From Crassaminicella thermophila (GTDB lineage: Bacteria; Bacillota; Clostridia; Peptostreptococcales; Thermotaleaceae): a stretch of DNA of 24,000 bases. Location: assembly GCF_008152325.1 (NCBI RefSeq), contig NZ_CP042243.1:415026-439025 (forward strand), in the 5' to 3' direction. Positions 1-9,229 of this stretch are shown here, piece by piece. Within the stretch, counting starts at the first letter, position 1. The number at the start of each line of letters is the position of its first letter. Under the pieces are notes generated by a model. That model saw only the letters and a list, made by a program, of their open reading frames with translations, searched no databases and was not told where the DNA came from. The position numbers and the translations under genes were made by a program.

Positions 1-2615
1 AATTAGATGGTGTTCAATTTAATGTTCGTATTATAGGAGAATTTACAAATATCCAAGAAATAGAAAATACAATCATTTCATTGCAAAATGGGATGCCTAT
101 TTACTTAAAAGATATTGCAAAAGTAGAGGATTCCTATGAAAAAATAACATCTTATTCAGAAAGATATGAAAAAGGAATATCAAAAGATAAAACTTTTACA
201 CGAACTATTGCATTATCAATAACAAGAGAAAATAATGCAGATATTGTAGGATTGAGTAATCAAATAAAAGAATTATTAAAAAGTAGTAAGGGTAGCTTAT
301 ATCCAGAAGATATAGAAGTTGCTATTAGCGGAGATATAGCGGTAGAAGTAGAAGATAAACTAAATGATGTTATGGGCAATGCCCTATCAGGACTTTTTGT
401 GGTTATTCTTGTTTTATTCTTATTTATAGGATTTAGAGAGTCTGTGATAGTAGCTTTTGTGATTCCTTTAACGTTGCTTACAAGCTTTGTACTTTTTAAA
501 TATAATGGTATGACCTTTAATACCCTGTCCATGCTTGCACTTATTTTGGCACTAGGGATGCTTGTGGATAATGCAATTGTTATTATGGAGAACATAGATA
601 GAATTCGAGACGAAGGATTAGATGTAGTCAATGCTTCAAAGGTGGCTACAAATCAAGTAGCACCAGCTGTATTTGCATCAACACTTACAACTATGGCAGC
701 CTTTTATCCTATGGCTTTAACATCAGGGATTATGGGAGAATTTTTAAAGACCATTCCCATTACTATTATGTTTGCTATAGGTACATCCTTTGTGGTATCT
801 ATTGTTGTTACACCTGTTTTATGTTCAAGATTTTTAAGTAAGCATAAGAAAAAAATAAGGGAGAATAAAGGAAAGGTTGAACTTTATAAAAAAATCATAT
901 CTATAGTATTTGTATTTGTCATTTCATTGTTTGCTTTTTTAGAAGATGGGAAAATAGGATTGATGTCATGGGTTTGTGCAACTCTTTTTTCAGGAGCTAT
1001 GTATATAAAACAATTTAAAGTTTCTAATGGGGTCCATGAAACATCAAAAATTGTCCAAAAATATACAAATATGATGGATAAAATATTAAAAAGCAAAACA
1101 AAAAGAATAGGAGTTGTGATACTAGGGCTAAGTCTATTCTTTGTAAGTTTACTAAGCATTCCTTTAGGATTTTTAAAGATAGAGTTAATGCCAATAACAG
1201 ACAGTAAAAGTTTTACCATAGATGTAGAACTTCCATCAGGATATTTACTTGCAGATACAGGAGAAATTGTTAGGGAAATTGAAGAAATTTTATTGAAATA
1301 TCCAGAAATAGATACGATTGTGAGTAAAGTAGGAAGTGAAGGATTAAGACGTAGTAGTATAAAAGCTATTAATAAAGCCGAAATTTCTATAGATTTAGTA
1401 GATGAAAAAGAGAGAGAAAGAAGCAGCAATGAGATTGTTAATCGTTTAAGAAAAGATTTAAAGAAAATTGCGGGAGCTAAGATCACTATTAAAGAAGAGA
1501 GAAAGGGGCCTTCTTCAGGAAAGCCTATTAGTATTCAGTTAAAGGGAGAGAACCTAGAAACCTTAACAAAGGTTGCTAATGACTTTGAGAAAATTTTAAA
1601 AGAAATTGATGGAATAACTGAAATAAGTAATTCTATAGGAGATGGGCCTTTAGAACTTCAATTTTTTGTAAATAAAGAAAGAGCAAGTATTTTAGGATTA
1701 GATGTTAAAGGCATATCATCTGAAATAAGAAAAGCCATTCAAGGAATAAAAATTTCTACATTCAAGGAAAATCAAGATGAGATCGATATTGTTGTTCGAA
1801 CAAATGAAAAACAAATTCAAACCATTAATGATTTACAAAAAATATACTTTACATCGAATAAGGGAGAGAAAATATCATTTTCTCAAGTAGTATCTTTGGT
1901 TCAAACAAAAGGGTTTACTGCTATTGAACATGATGATCTAAAAAGAATTATGAAAGTAGAAGCCAATATAACTAGAGGATCTAATGCAACGGAAGTGGTA
2001 AGGGAATTTCAATCAAAAATAAAGAATTATCCTATGCCAAATGATGTAGAAGTTACTTATGGGGGAGAGAAAAAAGACATACAAGAATCTTTTACGGATA
2101 TGTTTATTAATATGAGCATTGCTATTTTATTAGTATTTATTATATTGGCTGTTCAGTTTAATTCATTATCTCAACCAATGGTTATCTTATTTTCAGTCCC
2201 ATTAGCTACCATAGGGGCTTTAATAGGATTAATCATTACAGGAAACAATTTTGGAATGTATGCTTTTATGGGGATTGTTTCATTAGTAGGAATTGCTGTA
2301 AATGATGCTATCGTTCTTGTAGATTACACTAATTACCTAAGAAAACAGGAATATGAATTAATGAACGCTATAAAGGAAGCGGGAAGAACTAGACTTGCAC
2401 CTGTTTTTGCCACATCCATCACAACCATTGGAGGAATATTACCATTAGCTTTAAAAGAGCTTGACTATGCACAATTAGGATTTGCATTGATCTTTGGGCT
2501 TATTGCATCTACTGTACTTACTCTTATATTTATTCCTATATTATATTCTCTTGTAGAAGAATTTAAAGTGAAGATAAGAAAAAAGATTCCAATTTTTGTG
2601 GATAATAGATTCTAG
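1..2615 (+). CDS. RND (AcrB/AcrD/AcrF-type) efflux transporter permease, 5'-truncated by the window edge
   Basis: The reading frame (codons at 3, 6, ...) is open from the window start, so the listed start at 81 is internal. The translation shows alternating large soluble loops and hydrophobic TM bundles. The C-terminal TM cluster (GIVSLVGIAVNDAIVLVDY...) is typical of RND permeases. Stop codon at 2613-2615. Confidence 0.85.
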   Translation, partial: LDGVQFNVRIIGEFTNIQEIENTIISLQNGMPIYLKDIAKVEDSYEKITSYSERYEKGISKDKTFTRTIALSITRENNADIVGLSNQIKELLKSSKGSLYPEDIEVAISGDIAVEVEDKLNDVMGNALSGLFVVILVLFLFIGFRESVIVAFVIPLTLLTSFVLFKYNGMTFNTLSMLALILALGMLVDNAIVIMENIDRIRDEGLDVVNASKVATNQVAPAVFASTLTTMAAFYPMALTSGIMGEFLKTIPITIMFAIGTSFVVSIVVTPVLCSRFLSKHKKKIRENKGKVELYKKIISIVFVFVISLFAFLEDGKIGLMSWVCATLFSGAMYIKQFKVSNGVHETSKIVQKYTNMMDKILKSKTKRIGVVILGLSLFFVSLLSIPLGFLKIELMPITDSKSFTIDVELPSGYLLADTGEIVREIEEILLKYPEIDTIVSKVGSEGLRRSSIKAINKAEISIDLVDEKERERSSNEIVNRLRKDLKKIAGAKITIKEERKGPSSGKPISIQLKGENLETLTKVANDFEKILKEIDGITEISNSIGDGPLELQFFVNKERASILGLDVKGISSEIRKAIQGIKISTFKENQDEIDIVVRTNEKQIQTINDLQKIYFTSNKGEKISFSQVVSLVQTKGFTAIEHDDLKRIMKVEANITRGSNATEVVREFQSKIKNYPMPNDVEVTYGGEKKDIQESFTDMFINMSIAILLVFIILAVQFNSLSQPMVILFSVPLATIGALIGLIITGNNFGMYAFMGIVSLVGIAVNDAIVLVDYTNYLRKQEYELMNAIKEAGRTRLAPVFATSITTIGGILPLALKELDYAQLGFALIFGLIASTVLTLIFIPILYSLVEEFKVKIRKKIPIFVDNRF

Positions 2616-2649
2616 AAAGACCAACTATAAAAAGTCAATAGTAAAAAAG

Positions 2650-4140
2650 AAAAAATTTTAATTAAATTGGTGAATAAAAATGCATGACAAAAAGACCTGC
2701 GTGAGGCAAGTATAAGTAAAAATATGGGAAATAATATCAATTACTCGTTATTAGGTAGTCTCACCTCATAAGGACAATTATTTTTTAAAATAGCATGAAT
2801 TGTGTAGCAAAGTTTACGAGCGACAGCTCCAATAGCCGTTAGGTGATGTTTTCCTTCTGAACGTTTCTTCTGGTAAAAAGCTTTAAAAACAGGGTCACAG
2901 TTAGAGGTAACTAAAAGCAGCACTAAAGAGAGCCTTTCTAAGATAGGGCGATCCACGTTTACTCATTTTGTTATTTGTACTTTGATATTCACCAGATTGT
3001 GAAACAGAAGCATCAATTCCAGCATAAGCAACAAGCTTTTGAAGGGTTTGAAAAATCTTGAGATATCACCTATTTCGCCAAGTATAGTTGCAGCTGTTAC
3101 GTTGCCAATACCAGGTATTGTAGTAATAGGAGAATTGATTTTTATCAAGTAAAGTGTTTATTTGCTTTTTCTATATCTTTGACCTGACTTTTCAATAAAG
3201 TTAATCTGCTCAATTAATAGTTTTAATTGAAGAGCAAAAGCTATCTAAACAAAAAAGCTTATACCAAAAAGAATTTTTTTAGCTACACGAGAAAGTTGTT
3301 TGATTTTTATTAGTAGCAAATTTTTTTCATAGTGATTTCAGATAAAAACTTTGTCTAACTTTTTCAGATGAAATATTTTTCGAAATCACTTGGAGAGCTG
3401 AAATGAAGCAAAAATTTCCTTTTGATGTTTGTCCAAAAAATATCAGAAAAAGATAGATTGATATTCAGGAAAAAAACTTGGTCTAAGACACAAATGGTTT
3501 TTACGTTTAAGGTCACCTATAGAACTGATGAGATAGTTTCTAAAGCGAGAAAGGTTGCGAAGTGATATGGTATTTTTCATCGGCTAAGGAAGTTTCCAGA
3601 AAAATCACCATAACGAATAAGATCTGCAATTAAAACAGAATCAATGATATCTGTTTTACGCTTTCTGATTTCAATACCTTTACGCCAACCATCAGTTTGG
3701 ATAGGGTTTACAACATGAATGACAAAACCTTTTTCCACAAGAAATGAGTAAATGGATAACCAATAGTGACCAGTAGCTTCCATACCTATTTCAACATCAT
3801 TAACAGATCTAATGAAATTGTTTAACTTAGTAATTAAGCTTTCACCACCATTTGTAGTATTTGAAAAGGAAAAAGCCTTAAAAATAATTTTTCCTTTTTC
3901 ATTTATTAGCGAAGCTACATGATTGTTTTTTCCAATATCAATACCTAAATAAAACATTTCCATCACCACTATAAATTTATTTTAGATAGTTCCTCTAATC
4001 TGATAAACGTTACCGCCTTGTTGCATATTCGAAGTACTAAACTTATTAGTCAACATCCAACTTATTCGTAATCTGTTTATCAGACAGAGGTGTCAGTCTT
4101 TCAAGTACGAGGTCTTACCTCAAGGAGACTACGACATCAC
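2650..4140 (-). mobile_element. Decayed IS110-family insertion sequence; boundaries approximate
   Basis: Contains the broken transposase (2741-3969) plus about 170 nt of structured non-coding DNA 5' of it. No terminal inverted repeats were seen, as expected for IS110-type elements. The ends could not be mapped from a single copy. Confidence 0.6.
2741..3969 (-). pseudogene. IS110-family (DEDD) transposase pseudogene with multiple frameshifts and stops
   Basis: The N-terminal ORF 3577-3969 reads MFYLGIDIGKNNH...IGMEATGHYW...VNPIQT...KTDIIDSVLIADLIRYG (DEDD_Tnp_IS110-like). The C-terminal fragments 2963-3148 (IPGIGNVTAATILGEIGDISRF) and 2741-2956 (YQKKRSEGKHHLTAIGAVARKL) match the Transposase_20-like domain. 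By-eye translation of the minus strand of 3149-3576 still reads LRNLSRFRNYLISSIGDLKRK...VFFPEYQSIF, but it is interrupted by several stops and frame changes. Confidence 0.85.
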
Positions 4141-4245
4141 TCTATCTAATATTTTGATTATACTCTTTTTTGTATAATCTTTCAGCTAATAAAGGATTAT
4201 AGGTTGCCTTTATTAACCTAAATATAGTATACAAGGAGATAAAAA

Positions 4246-5352
4246 ATGAAAATAAAAAAAATGAGCGTAGTATGTTTTCTTTTAATGTTACTGGTATTAT
4301 CTGGCTGTGATAAGTCAGAAGCAAAAGGAAAGAAAGTAGAAAAAAAACAGACAGCTGTGGAAGTGATGAAAGTGGAGGCAAAAACCATAACAGAAGATTA
4401 TCATTCAGTAGGAAAAATTTATGCGAGCGAAGAAGTTAAGGTATCTAGTAAGAAAAGTGGAAAGGTAAAAAAAATCTATTTTGATGTAGGAGATGTAGTG
4501 AAGAAAGGAGATGTTTTATATACTCTAGATAATGAAGATTTAGTAATAGACGTTGAATTGAAAAAGAGTCAATATAAAAAAGCTTTAGAAAATGCTAAAA
4601 TGAACTATGAAGATGCTTTGAATAATTTTAATAAAGCAAAAGCTTTATATGAATCCGGCGTTTTATCAAAAAATGCTTATGATAATGCTGAAAAATCTTA
4701 TAGACAAAACAAATTAAATTATGAGCAAGCACAAAAAGATTTAGATTCAAATTCTATTACATTAGATGCTTCTATTAGTGATACAATTATAAAAAGCCCC
4801 ATAGATGGAGTCATAGCAGAGAGAAATATTGAAGTGGGAGAAAATACTACAGCTTCAGATTTTGTCATAGTAAATACAGATAAAGTGATTGTAAGAACCA
4901 GTGTTTCAGAAGATATTGTTAATAAAATCTCTATAGGGGATACAGTTCAGACAAATATTCAATCAAATAATTATATGGGAAAAATAAAAACAATTAGTCC
5001 GGTGGGGATAAATAATGGGAATATCTATCCTGTTGAAATTGAAATAGAGAATAAGGATGGACTCTTAAAGCCTGGGATGTTTGCAGAGGTAAAATTTGAA
5101 ATTGAAAGAAGGGAAAATCAAGTAGTAGTACCTACAAAATCCATATTATCTAGTGGAAATGAAAACTATGTTTATATTGTAGAAGAAAATAAGCCTAAAA
5201 AAGTGATCATAGAGAAAAAAATAATAAAAGACGGATACGTTCAAGTAGAAGGGGAATTAAGCGTTGGAGATTTGTTGATCGTAAAAGGGCAGGAGTATAT
5301 AGATGAAAAAAGTTTAATTTATGTTGTCAATGAAGTAACCTTAAATGAATGA
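4246..5352 (+). CDS. Efflux transporter periplasmic adaptor (membrane fusion protein, HlyD/RND-MFP family), lipoprotein
   Basis: RBS AAGGAG lies upstream of the ATG. Signal peptide with lipobox LVLSGC. Lipoyl-like motifs (GDVVKKGDVLYTLD; SPIDGVIAERNIEVGE) flank a coiled-coil hairpin, followed by a beta-barrel C-terminal region. Confidence 0.85.
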   Translation: MKIKKMSVVCFLLMLLVLSGCDKSEAKGKKVEKKQTAVEVMKVEAKTITEDYHSVGKIYASEEVKVSSKKSGKVKKIYFDVGDVVKKGDVLYTLDNEDLVIDVELKKSQYKKALENAKMNYEDALNNFNKAKALYESGVLSKNAYDNAEKSYRQNKLNYEQAQKDLDSNSITLDASISDTIIKSPIDGVIAERNIEVGENTTASDFVIVNTDKVIVRTSVSEDIVNKISIGDTVQTNIQSNNYMGKIKTISPVGINNGNIYPVEIEIENKDGLLKPGMFAEVKFEIERRENQVVVPTKSILSSGNENYVYIVEENKPKKVIIEKKIIKDGYVQVEGELSVGDLLIVKGQEYIDEKSLIYVVNEVTLNE

Positions 5353-5397
5353 AATAAGGGGGATAATAGGACTTCCCCATAAGTTTTGGAGGTTTTT

Positions 5398-6885
5398 ATG
5401 TCTATTAAACTTAGATTGTTGCTTTCTTATGTGGGTATGATTATTATTCCGGTTATAGTTATATTACTATTAAACTCCATGTTTATTATTTTTGGAGAGA
5501 CTGAACAAGAAGATGTTAAAATAATCCTTAATCCTATGAGAATCGTAGGAAAATATATTGCAAAGCAGACAGAAATAAACAGAAAGTTAAATATAGAAAT
5601 CCTTAATAATAAAGAAAAATTAATAGATCCTTCTTATTTAAAAAAGTATGACCAAGAATTAGAAGCATATTATTCTGGTTTAATCGTAAGGGAGGATGAG
5701 AAAATCGTATATGTTTCAAAAATCTTAGAAGATGAAGGATTATTATCTTCATTGCCAGCATTTAATGAAGTCTTCCATAGAAAAGATTTTTATAGAAATC
5801 ATGGAAAAGGATATATACTGAGGCATCAAAACGATTTTTATTTGAATGATGGTTCTAAGATCTCTATGTTTATTGTTTCAGATACGAATTTAGCAAGAAG
5901 AGATTTCAATAAAATAAGGAATCGAATAACTCTTATAGTTATCAGTGTATTAATTCTAACTACCTTTACATTAACATTTTTTATTTATAAGAGTATTATT
6001 AGATCCATCAAAAATCTTGAATATGCTGCAAATGAAATAAAAAAAGGAAATTTGGATTATGAAATTAAAAAGTATTTAAATGATGAAATAGGAGATCTTA
6101 GTCTTTCTCTTGAAGAAATGAGATTAAAACTGAAAAATTCTTTGGAAGTACAGAAAAAATACGAAGAAAATAGAAAAAACTTAATTTCAAATATATCTCA
6201 TGATCTTAAGACACCTATTATGTCTATAAAAGGATACATAGAAGGAATAAGAGATGGGATTGCTGATACACCAGATAAGATGGAGAAGTATATAAATACC
6301 ATTTATGAAAAAGCAAGACATATGGAAGGGTTGATTGATGAGTTATTTCTTTTTTCAAAGCTTGATTTGCAGAAAGTATCCTTTGATTTTCAGACTATTG
6401 ATATCATAGAATTTTTAAAATACAGTGTGGAAGATTTAAGCTTTGAGTTAGAAAAAATAGAAGGGAAAATAAGTCTAAATGATGAAAAAGAAAGTATTTT
6501 TGTAAAGGCTGACTTACAAAAGTTAAAGAGAGTAATAGTAAATATTGTAGGAAATTCAGTAAAATATAAAGGAGAAAGCCCCCTTACAATCGATATTTTT
6601 GTAAAAAAAGAGCATGAAGAAGTTATAGTGCAGATCAAAGACAATGGAAAAGGAATTTCAAAAGAAGATCTCCCTTATATTTTTGATCGATTCTATAGAG
6701 CAGATCAATCAAGAAATACTTCTGTAGGAGGAAGTGGATTAGGGCTTGCTATATCTAAACAAATTATTGAAAAACACGGTGGTAAAATGTGGGCAGAAAG
6801 TAAAATAAATATTGGAACAAGTATATTCTTTTCGTTAAAGATTTGTAAAGGGGGTAGTATTGATGAAAAAAATATTGATTATTGA
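5398..6885 (+). CDS. Membrane sensor histidine kinase (HAMP-HisKA-HATPase_c)
   Basis: ATG at 5398 lies 5 nt after GGAGG; the ORF-track TTG at 5386 is less likely. Two TM segments bracket an extracytoplasmic loop. H-box SHDLKTPI, N-box NIVGNSVKY and G-boxes DNGKGI / GGSGLGLAI are present. The gene overlaps the downstream regulator gene by 23 nt. Confidence 0.9.
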   Translation: MSIKLRLLLSYVGMIIIPVIVILLLNSMFIIFGETEQEDVKIILNPMRIVGKYIAKQTEINRKLNIEILNNKEKLIDPSYLKKYDQELEAYYSGLIVREDEKIVYVSKILEDEGLLSSLPAFNEVFHRKDFYRNHGKGYILRHQNDFYLNDGSKISMFIVSDTNLARRDFNKIRNRITLIVISVLILTTFTLTFFIYKSIIRSIKNLEYAANEIKKGNLDYEIKKYLNDEIGDLSLSLEEMRLKLKNSLEVQKKYEENRKNLISNISHDLKTPIMSIKGYIEGIRDGIADTPDKMEKYINTIYEKARHMEGLIDELFLFSKLDLQKVSFDFQTIDIIEFLKYSVEDLSFELEKIEGKISLNDEKESIFVKADLQKLKRVIVNIVGNSVKYKGESPLTIDIFVKKEHEEVIVQIKDNGKGISKEDLPYIFDRFYRADQSRNTSVGGSGLGLAISKQIIEKHGGKMWAESKINIGTSIFFSLKICKGGSIDEKNIDY

Positions 6886-7551
6886 GGATGATACTAGCAT
6901 TGCTGAGTTAGAACGGGATTATCTTAATATTAATGGATTTTCTGTAGAAATAGAAAACACAGGACTTAAAGGTATAGAGCGAGCGCTGAAGGAAAAGTTT
7001 GATTTAATTATATTGGATTTAATGCTTCCAGAGATAGATGGGTTTCAAATCTGTAAAGAATTAAGAGAAAATTTAGATATTCCAATTCTCATGGTTTCAG
7101 CGAAAGGAGAAGGAATTGATAAAATAAGGGGATTAGGACTTGGAGCAGATGATTATATTACCAAACCTTTTAGTCCCAATGAATTAGTAGCAAGAGTCAA
7201 ATCACATCTAAATAGATATGAAAGATTGACCAATAGGAGAAAAAACAAGAGGAAATAATCGAAGTCAATGGCCTTACTATAGACCCTTATTCAAGAAGAG
7301 TATATGCAAATAATAAGGAAGTAAATTTAGCTTCCAAAGAATTTGATGTCTTATTGCTTCTAGCAAGGAATCCAAATCGTGTTTTTCGAAAGGAAGAAAT
7401 CTTTGAGAGAGTGTGGGGATTAGATTCTTTAGGAGATGTATCTACAGTTACAGTGCATATTAGAAGAATTCGTGAAAAAATTGAATATGATGCATCAAAC
7501 CCTAAATATATTGAAACCTTATGGGGGGTTGGATATAGATTTAAAATATAG
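6863..7551 (+). pseudogene. OmpR-family response regulator split by a frameshift in an A6 run
   Basis: The receiver domain (KILIIEDD...DLMLPEIDG...SAKG...DDYITKPF) runs in one frame to the stop at 7256-7258. The winged-helix domain (EEIIEVNGLTIDPYSRRVYANNKEVNLASKEFDVLLLLARNPNRVFRKEEIFERVWG...GVGYRF) runs in the -1 frame, open from 7237 to 7551. The switch point is the AAAAAA run at 7240-7245. Confidence 0.8.
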
Positions 7552-7554
7552 GAA

Positions 7555-7585
7555 AGGTCAGAGAATTTTCTCTGACCTAAGGTTT
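7555..7585. terminator. Bidirectional rho-independent terminator between convergent genes
   Basis: Perfect 10-bp stem AGGTCAGAGA (7555-7564) / TCTCTGACCT (7569-7578) with a 4-nt loop, followed by a T-rich stretch. Confidence 0.8.
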
Positions 7586-8907
7586 TAACCAATTCCTCCA
7601 TAAATAATTCCTAGAACCAAGACAATTCCTGCTATAAGTACAAATATGTATTTTGCAAAAAATCCCCACCATTTTCCTAAAGGTCTTTTAGCTCCCTTGT
7701 TAATTTCGGTACGAGCTTTTTCTATCCCATAGATCCAAAAGAAAGTGATAGCTGCTAACAAAGCACTAAAGGGCAATAGATATATGGTAATAAAATCTGC
7801 GAACTTTCCAAATAGGTTCATGTTTATATCTAAAGGAATTCCAAATAAAAAAGCAATACATGCAGCGATTAAAACACTTTTCTTTCTGCTAAATGAAAAC
7901 TTATCCATAAATGCTTCTACAGTTACTTCCATCAAAACTACTTCTGTAGAAATGGCTGCAAAGATGATGCACAAAAAAAATGCAACACCAAATAAATATC
8001 CTCTGCCCATTTCCTTAAAGATATGGGGCATAGTTATAAAAAGAAGTGATGGACCTGCAGATACACTCAACTTAAAAGAAAATGTTGCAGGGATGATGAT
8101 AAATGCAGCTAAAAATGCAGCGATTGTATCAAACAAAGCAGTATGTATTGCACATGTAGGAATATCTTCATCTTTTTTTAGATAACTTCCTAATACAACC
8201 ATTCCTGCACCACCTAAAGATACTGTAAAAAATGCTTGTCCCAGAGCCATAATCCAGGTAATAGGCTTTAATAAATAGGACCAATCAGGTAATAACAAAT
8301 ATTTTACACCCTCTATAGAACCTGTTAGAGATAAAGAACGTATCATTAATATGATGAAAAGAATAAATAATGAAGGCATCATGATTTTGTTTACTTTTTC
8401 AATTCCTTTTTTTACACCAAGAACAACAATCCCTAATGTAATAAGGATAGCCAATCCATTCCAGAAAATACTTTCAGGATGTCCTGCAAAATTTTTGAAA
8501 GTATTCGAAATAGCAATATGATAAAAAGAGCCATTTACAGCTAATGCAAAATATTTTAAAACCCATCCTACCACAACAGAATAAAATATAAATACACCTG
8601 TTTGAGCAATGACTGGAATACTTCCAATGACTGCACCGAAAGGAAGATTTTTTTGTTTAAATACTTTTTCAAAAGCACCGATAGAACCCTTTTGCTGAGA
8701 TCTACCAAATGCAAATTCCCCTATAAGTCCAGTAGTTCCTAATGCAAATACAAATAAGAGATATGGAATCAAAAATGCAGCTCCTCCGAATTGACCTAAT
8801 CTCCAAGGAAACATCCATATATTCCCTAAACCAATTGCAGAACCAATACAAGCTAAAATAAATCCAATTTTTCCTGTCCAAGTTTCTCTTTCTACTGTTT
8901 TGGGCAT
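7585..8907 (-). CDS. Neurotransmitter:sodium symporter (NSS/SNF) family amino-acid transporter
   Basis: The N-terminus carries the NSS signature (GSAIGLGNIWMFPWRLGQFGGAAFLIPYL). The protein is polytopic (about 11-12 TM) and 440 aa long. Confidence 0.85.
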   Translation of the reverse strand: MPKTVERETWTGKIGFILACIGSAIGLGNIWMFPWRLGQFGGAAFLIPYLLFVFALGTTGLIGEFAFGRSQQKGSIGAFEKVFKQKNLPFGAVIGSIPVIAQTGVFIFYSVVVGWVLKYFALAVNGSFYHIAISNTFKNFAGHPESIFWNGLAILITLGIVVLGVKKGIEKVNKIMMPSLFILFIILMIRSLSLTGSIEGVKYLLLPDWSYLLKPITWIMALGQAFFTVSLGGAGMVVLGSYLKKDEDIPTCAIHTALFDTIAAFLAAFIIIPATFSFKLSVSAGPSLLFITMPHIFKEMGRGYLFGVAFFLCIIFAAISTEVVLMEVTVEAFMDKFSFSRKKSVLIAACIAFLFGIPLDINMNLFGKFADFITIYLLPFSALLAAITFFWIYGIEKARTEINKGAKRPLGKWWGFFAKYIFVLIAGIVLVLGIIYGGIG

Positions 8908-8926
8908 TCAATTCACCATCCTTATT

Positions 8927-8958
8927 GAAAAATAAAAAACTCTCCATAGGAGAGTTTT
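8927..8958 (-). terminator. Intrinsic terminator inside the 5' leader of the NSS transporter gene (attenuator)
   Basis: The minus strand reads AAAACTCTCC-TAT-GGAGAGTTTT followed by TTATTTTTC. This is a perfect 10-bp stem plus U-tract, ending about 20 nt before the start codon at 8907. Confidence 0.75.
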
Positions 8959-9005
8959 AGGCATACAAAAACAAAACCTTATAAAGGTTTATAATCATTT
9001 ATTTT

Positions 9006-9074
9006 CTACCTAGCTACTATCCTACTTATAAAGATACTACATAAAAACCTACAAAACTACCAACTACCCTGCTA
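9006..9074 (-). promoter_or_regulatory. UAG-triplet-rich leader segment (candidate RNA-binding-protein site)
   Basis: Ten CTA triplets on the + strand (UAG on the transcript) start at 9006, 9010, 9014, 9017, 9022, 9037, 9049, 9057, 9064 and 9072. The 5'-most four are spaced by 5, 4 and 5 nt. Confidence 0.5.
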
Positions 9075-9096
9075 AGTTTTTAAAAAAGACTTTTTT

Positions 9097-9125
9097 ATTA
9101 TAAGTAAAAAAAATAAAGCTGTCAA
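9097..9125 (-). promoter_or_regulatory. Consensus sigma-A promoter for the NSS transporter leader
   Basis: The minus strand reads TTGACA (9125-9120), a 17-nt spacer, then TATAAT (9102-9097). Both hexamers are perfect. The predicted leader is about 180 nt. Confidence 0.75.
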
Positions 9126-9229
9126 CAAAGTTTGTGGATAAAGTTATAAAGCAACTGAAAATATTAAAATATGTATTTGGTTAAACTATAGAATATATGC
9201 TGTTTTAAGAACTCTAGGAGGAGTAGACG

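Noticed and set aside
260-1486. Minus-strand ORFs 260-631 and 884-1486, antisense to the RND permease gene
   Set aside because: They are low-complexity, Ser/Ile/Leu-rich shadow frames lying entirely inside a well-supported CDS. They have no RBS and no recognisable motifs.
4142-4381. 79-aa minus-strand ORF overlapping the start of the adaptor lipoprotein gene
   Set aside because: It is an antisense shadow of the signal-peptide region with no RBS. The + strand gene has a strong RBS and a lipobox.
7287-8185. ORFs 7287-7601 (-) and 7745-8185 (+)
   Set aside because: The first is antisense to the winged-helix half of the response regulator. The second is antisense to the NSS transporter. Both are explained by the opposite-strand genes.
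8908-9090. T-box, glycine riboswitch or other common riboswitch in the NSS transporter leader
   Set aside because: I found no T-box core (AGGGTGGTACCGCG-like) adjacent to the terminator. I also found no recognisable conserved cores of glycine, lysine, SAM or purine riboswitches. The GGAGAG present is simply the terminator arm. A covariance-model scan is still needed.
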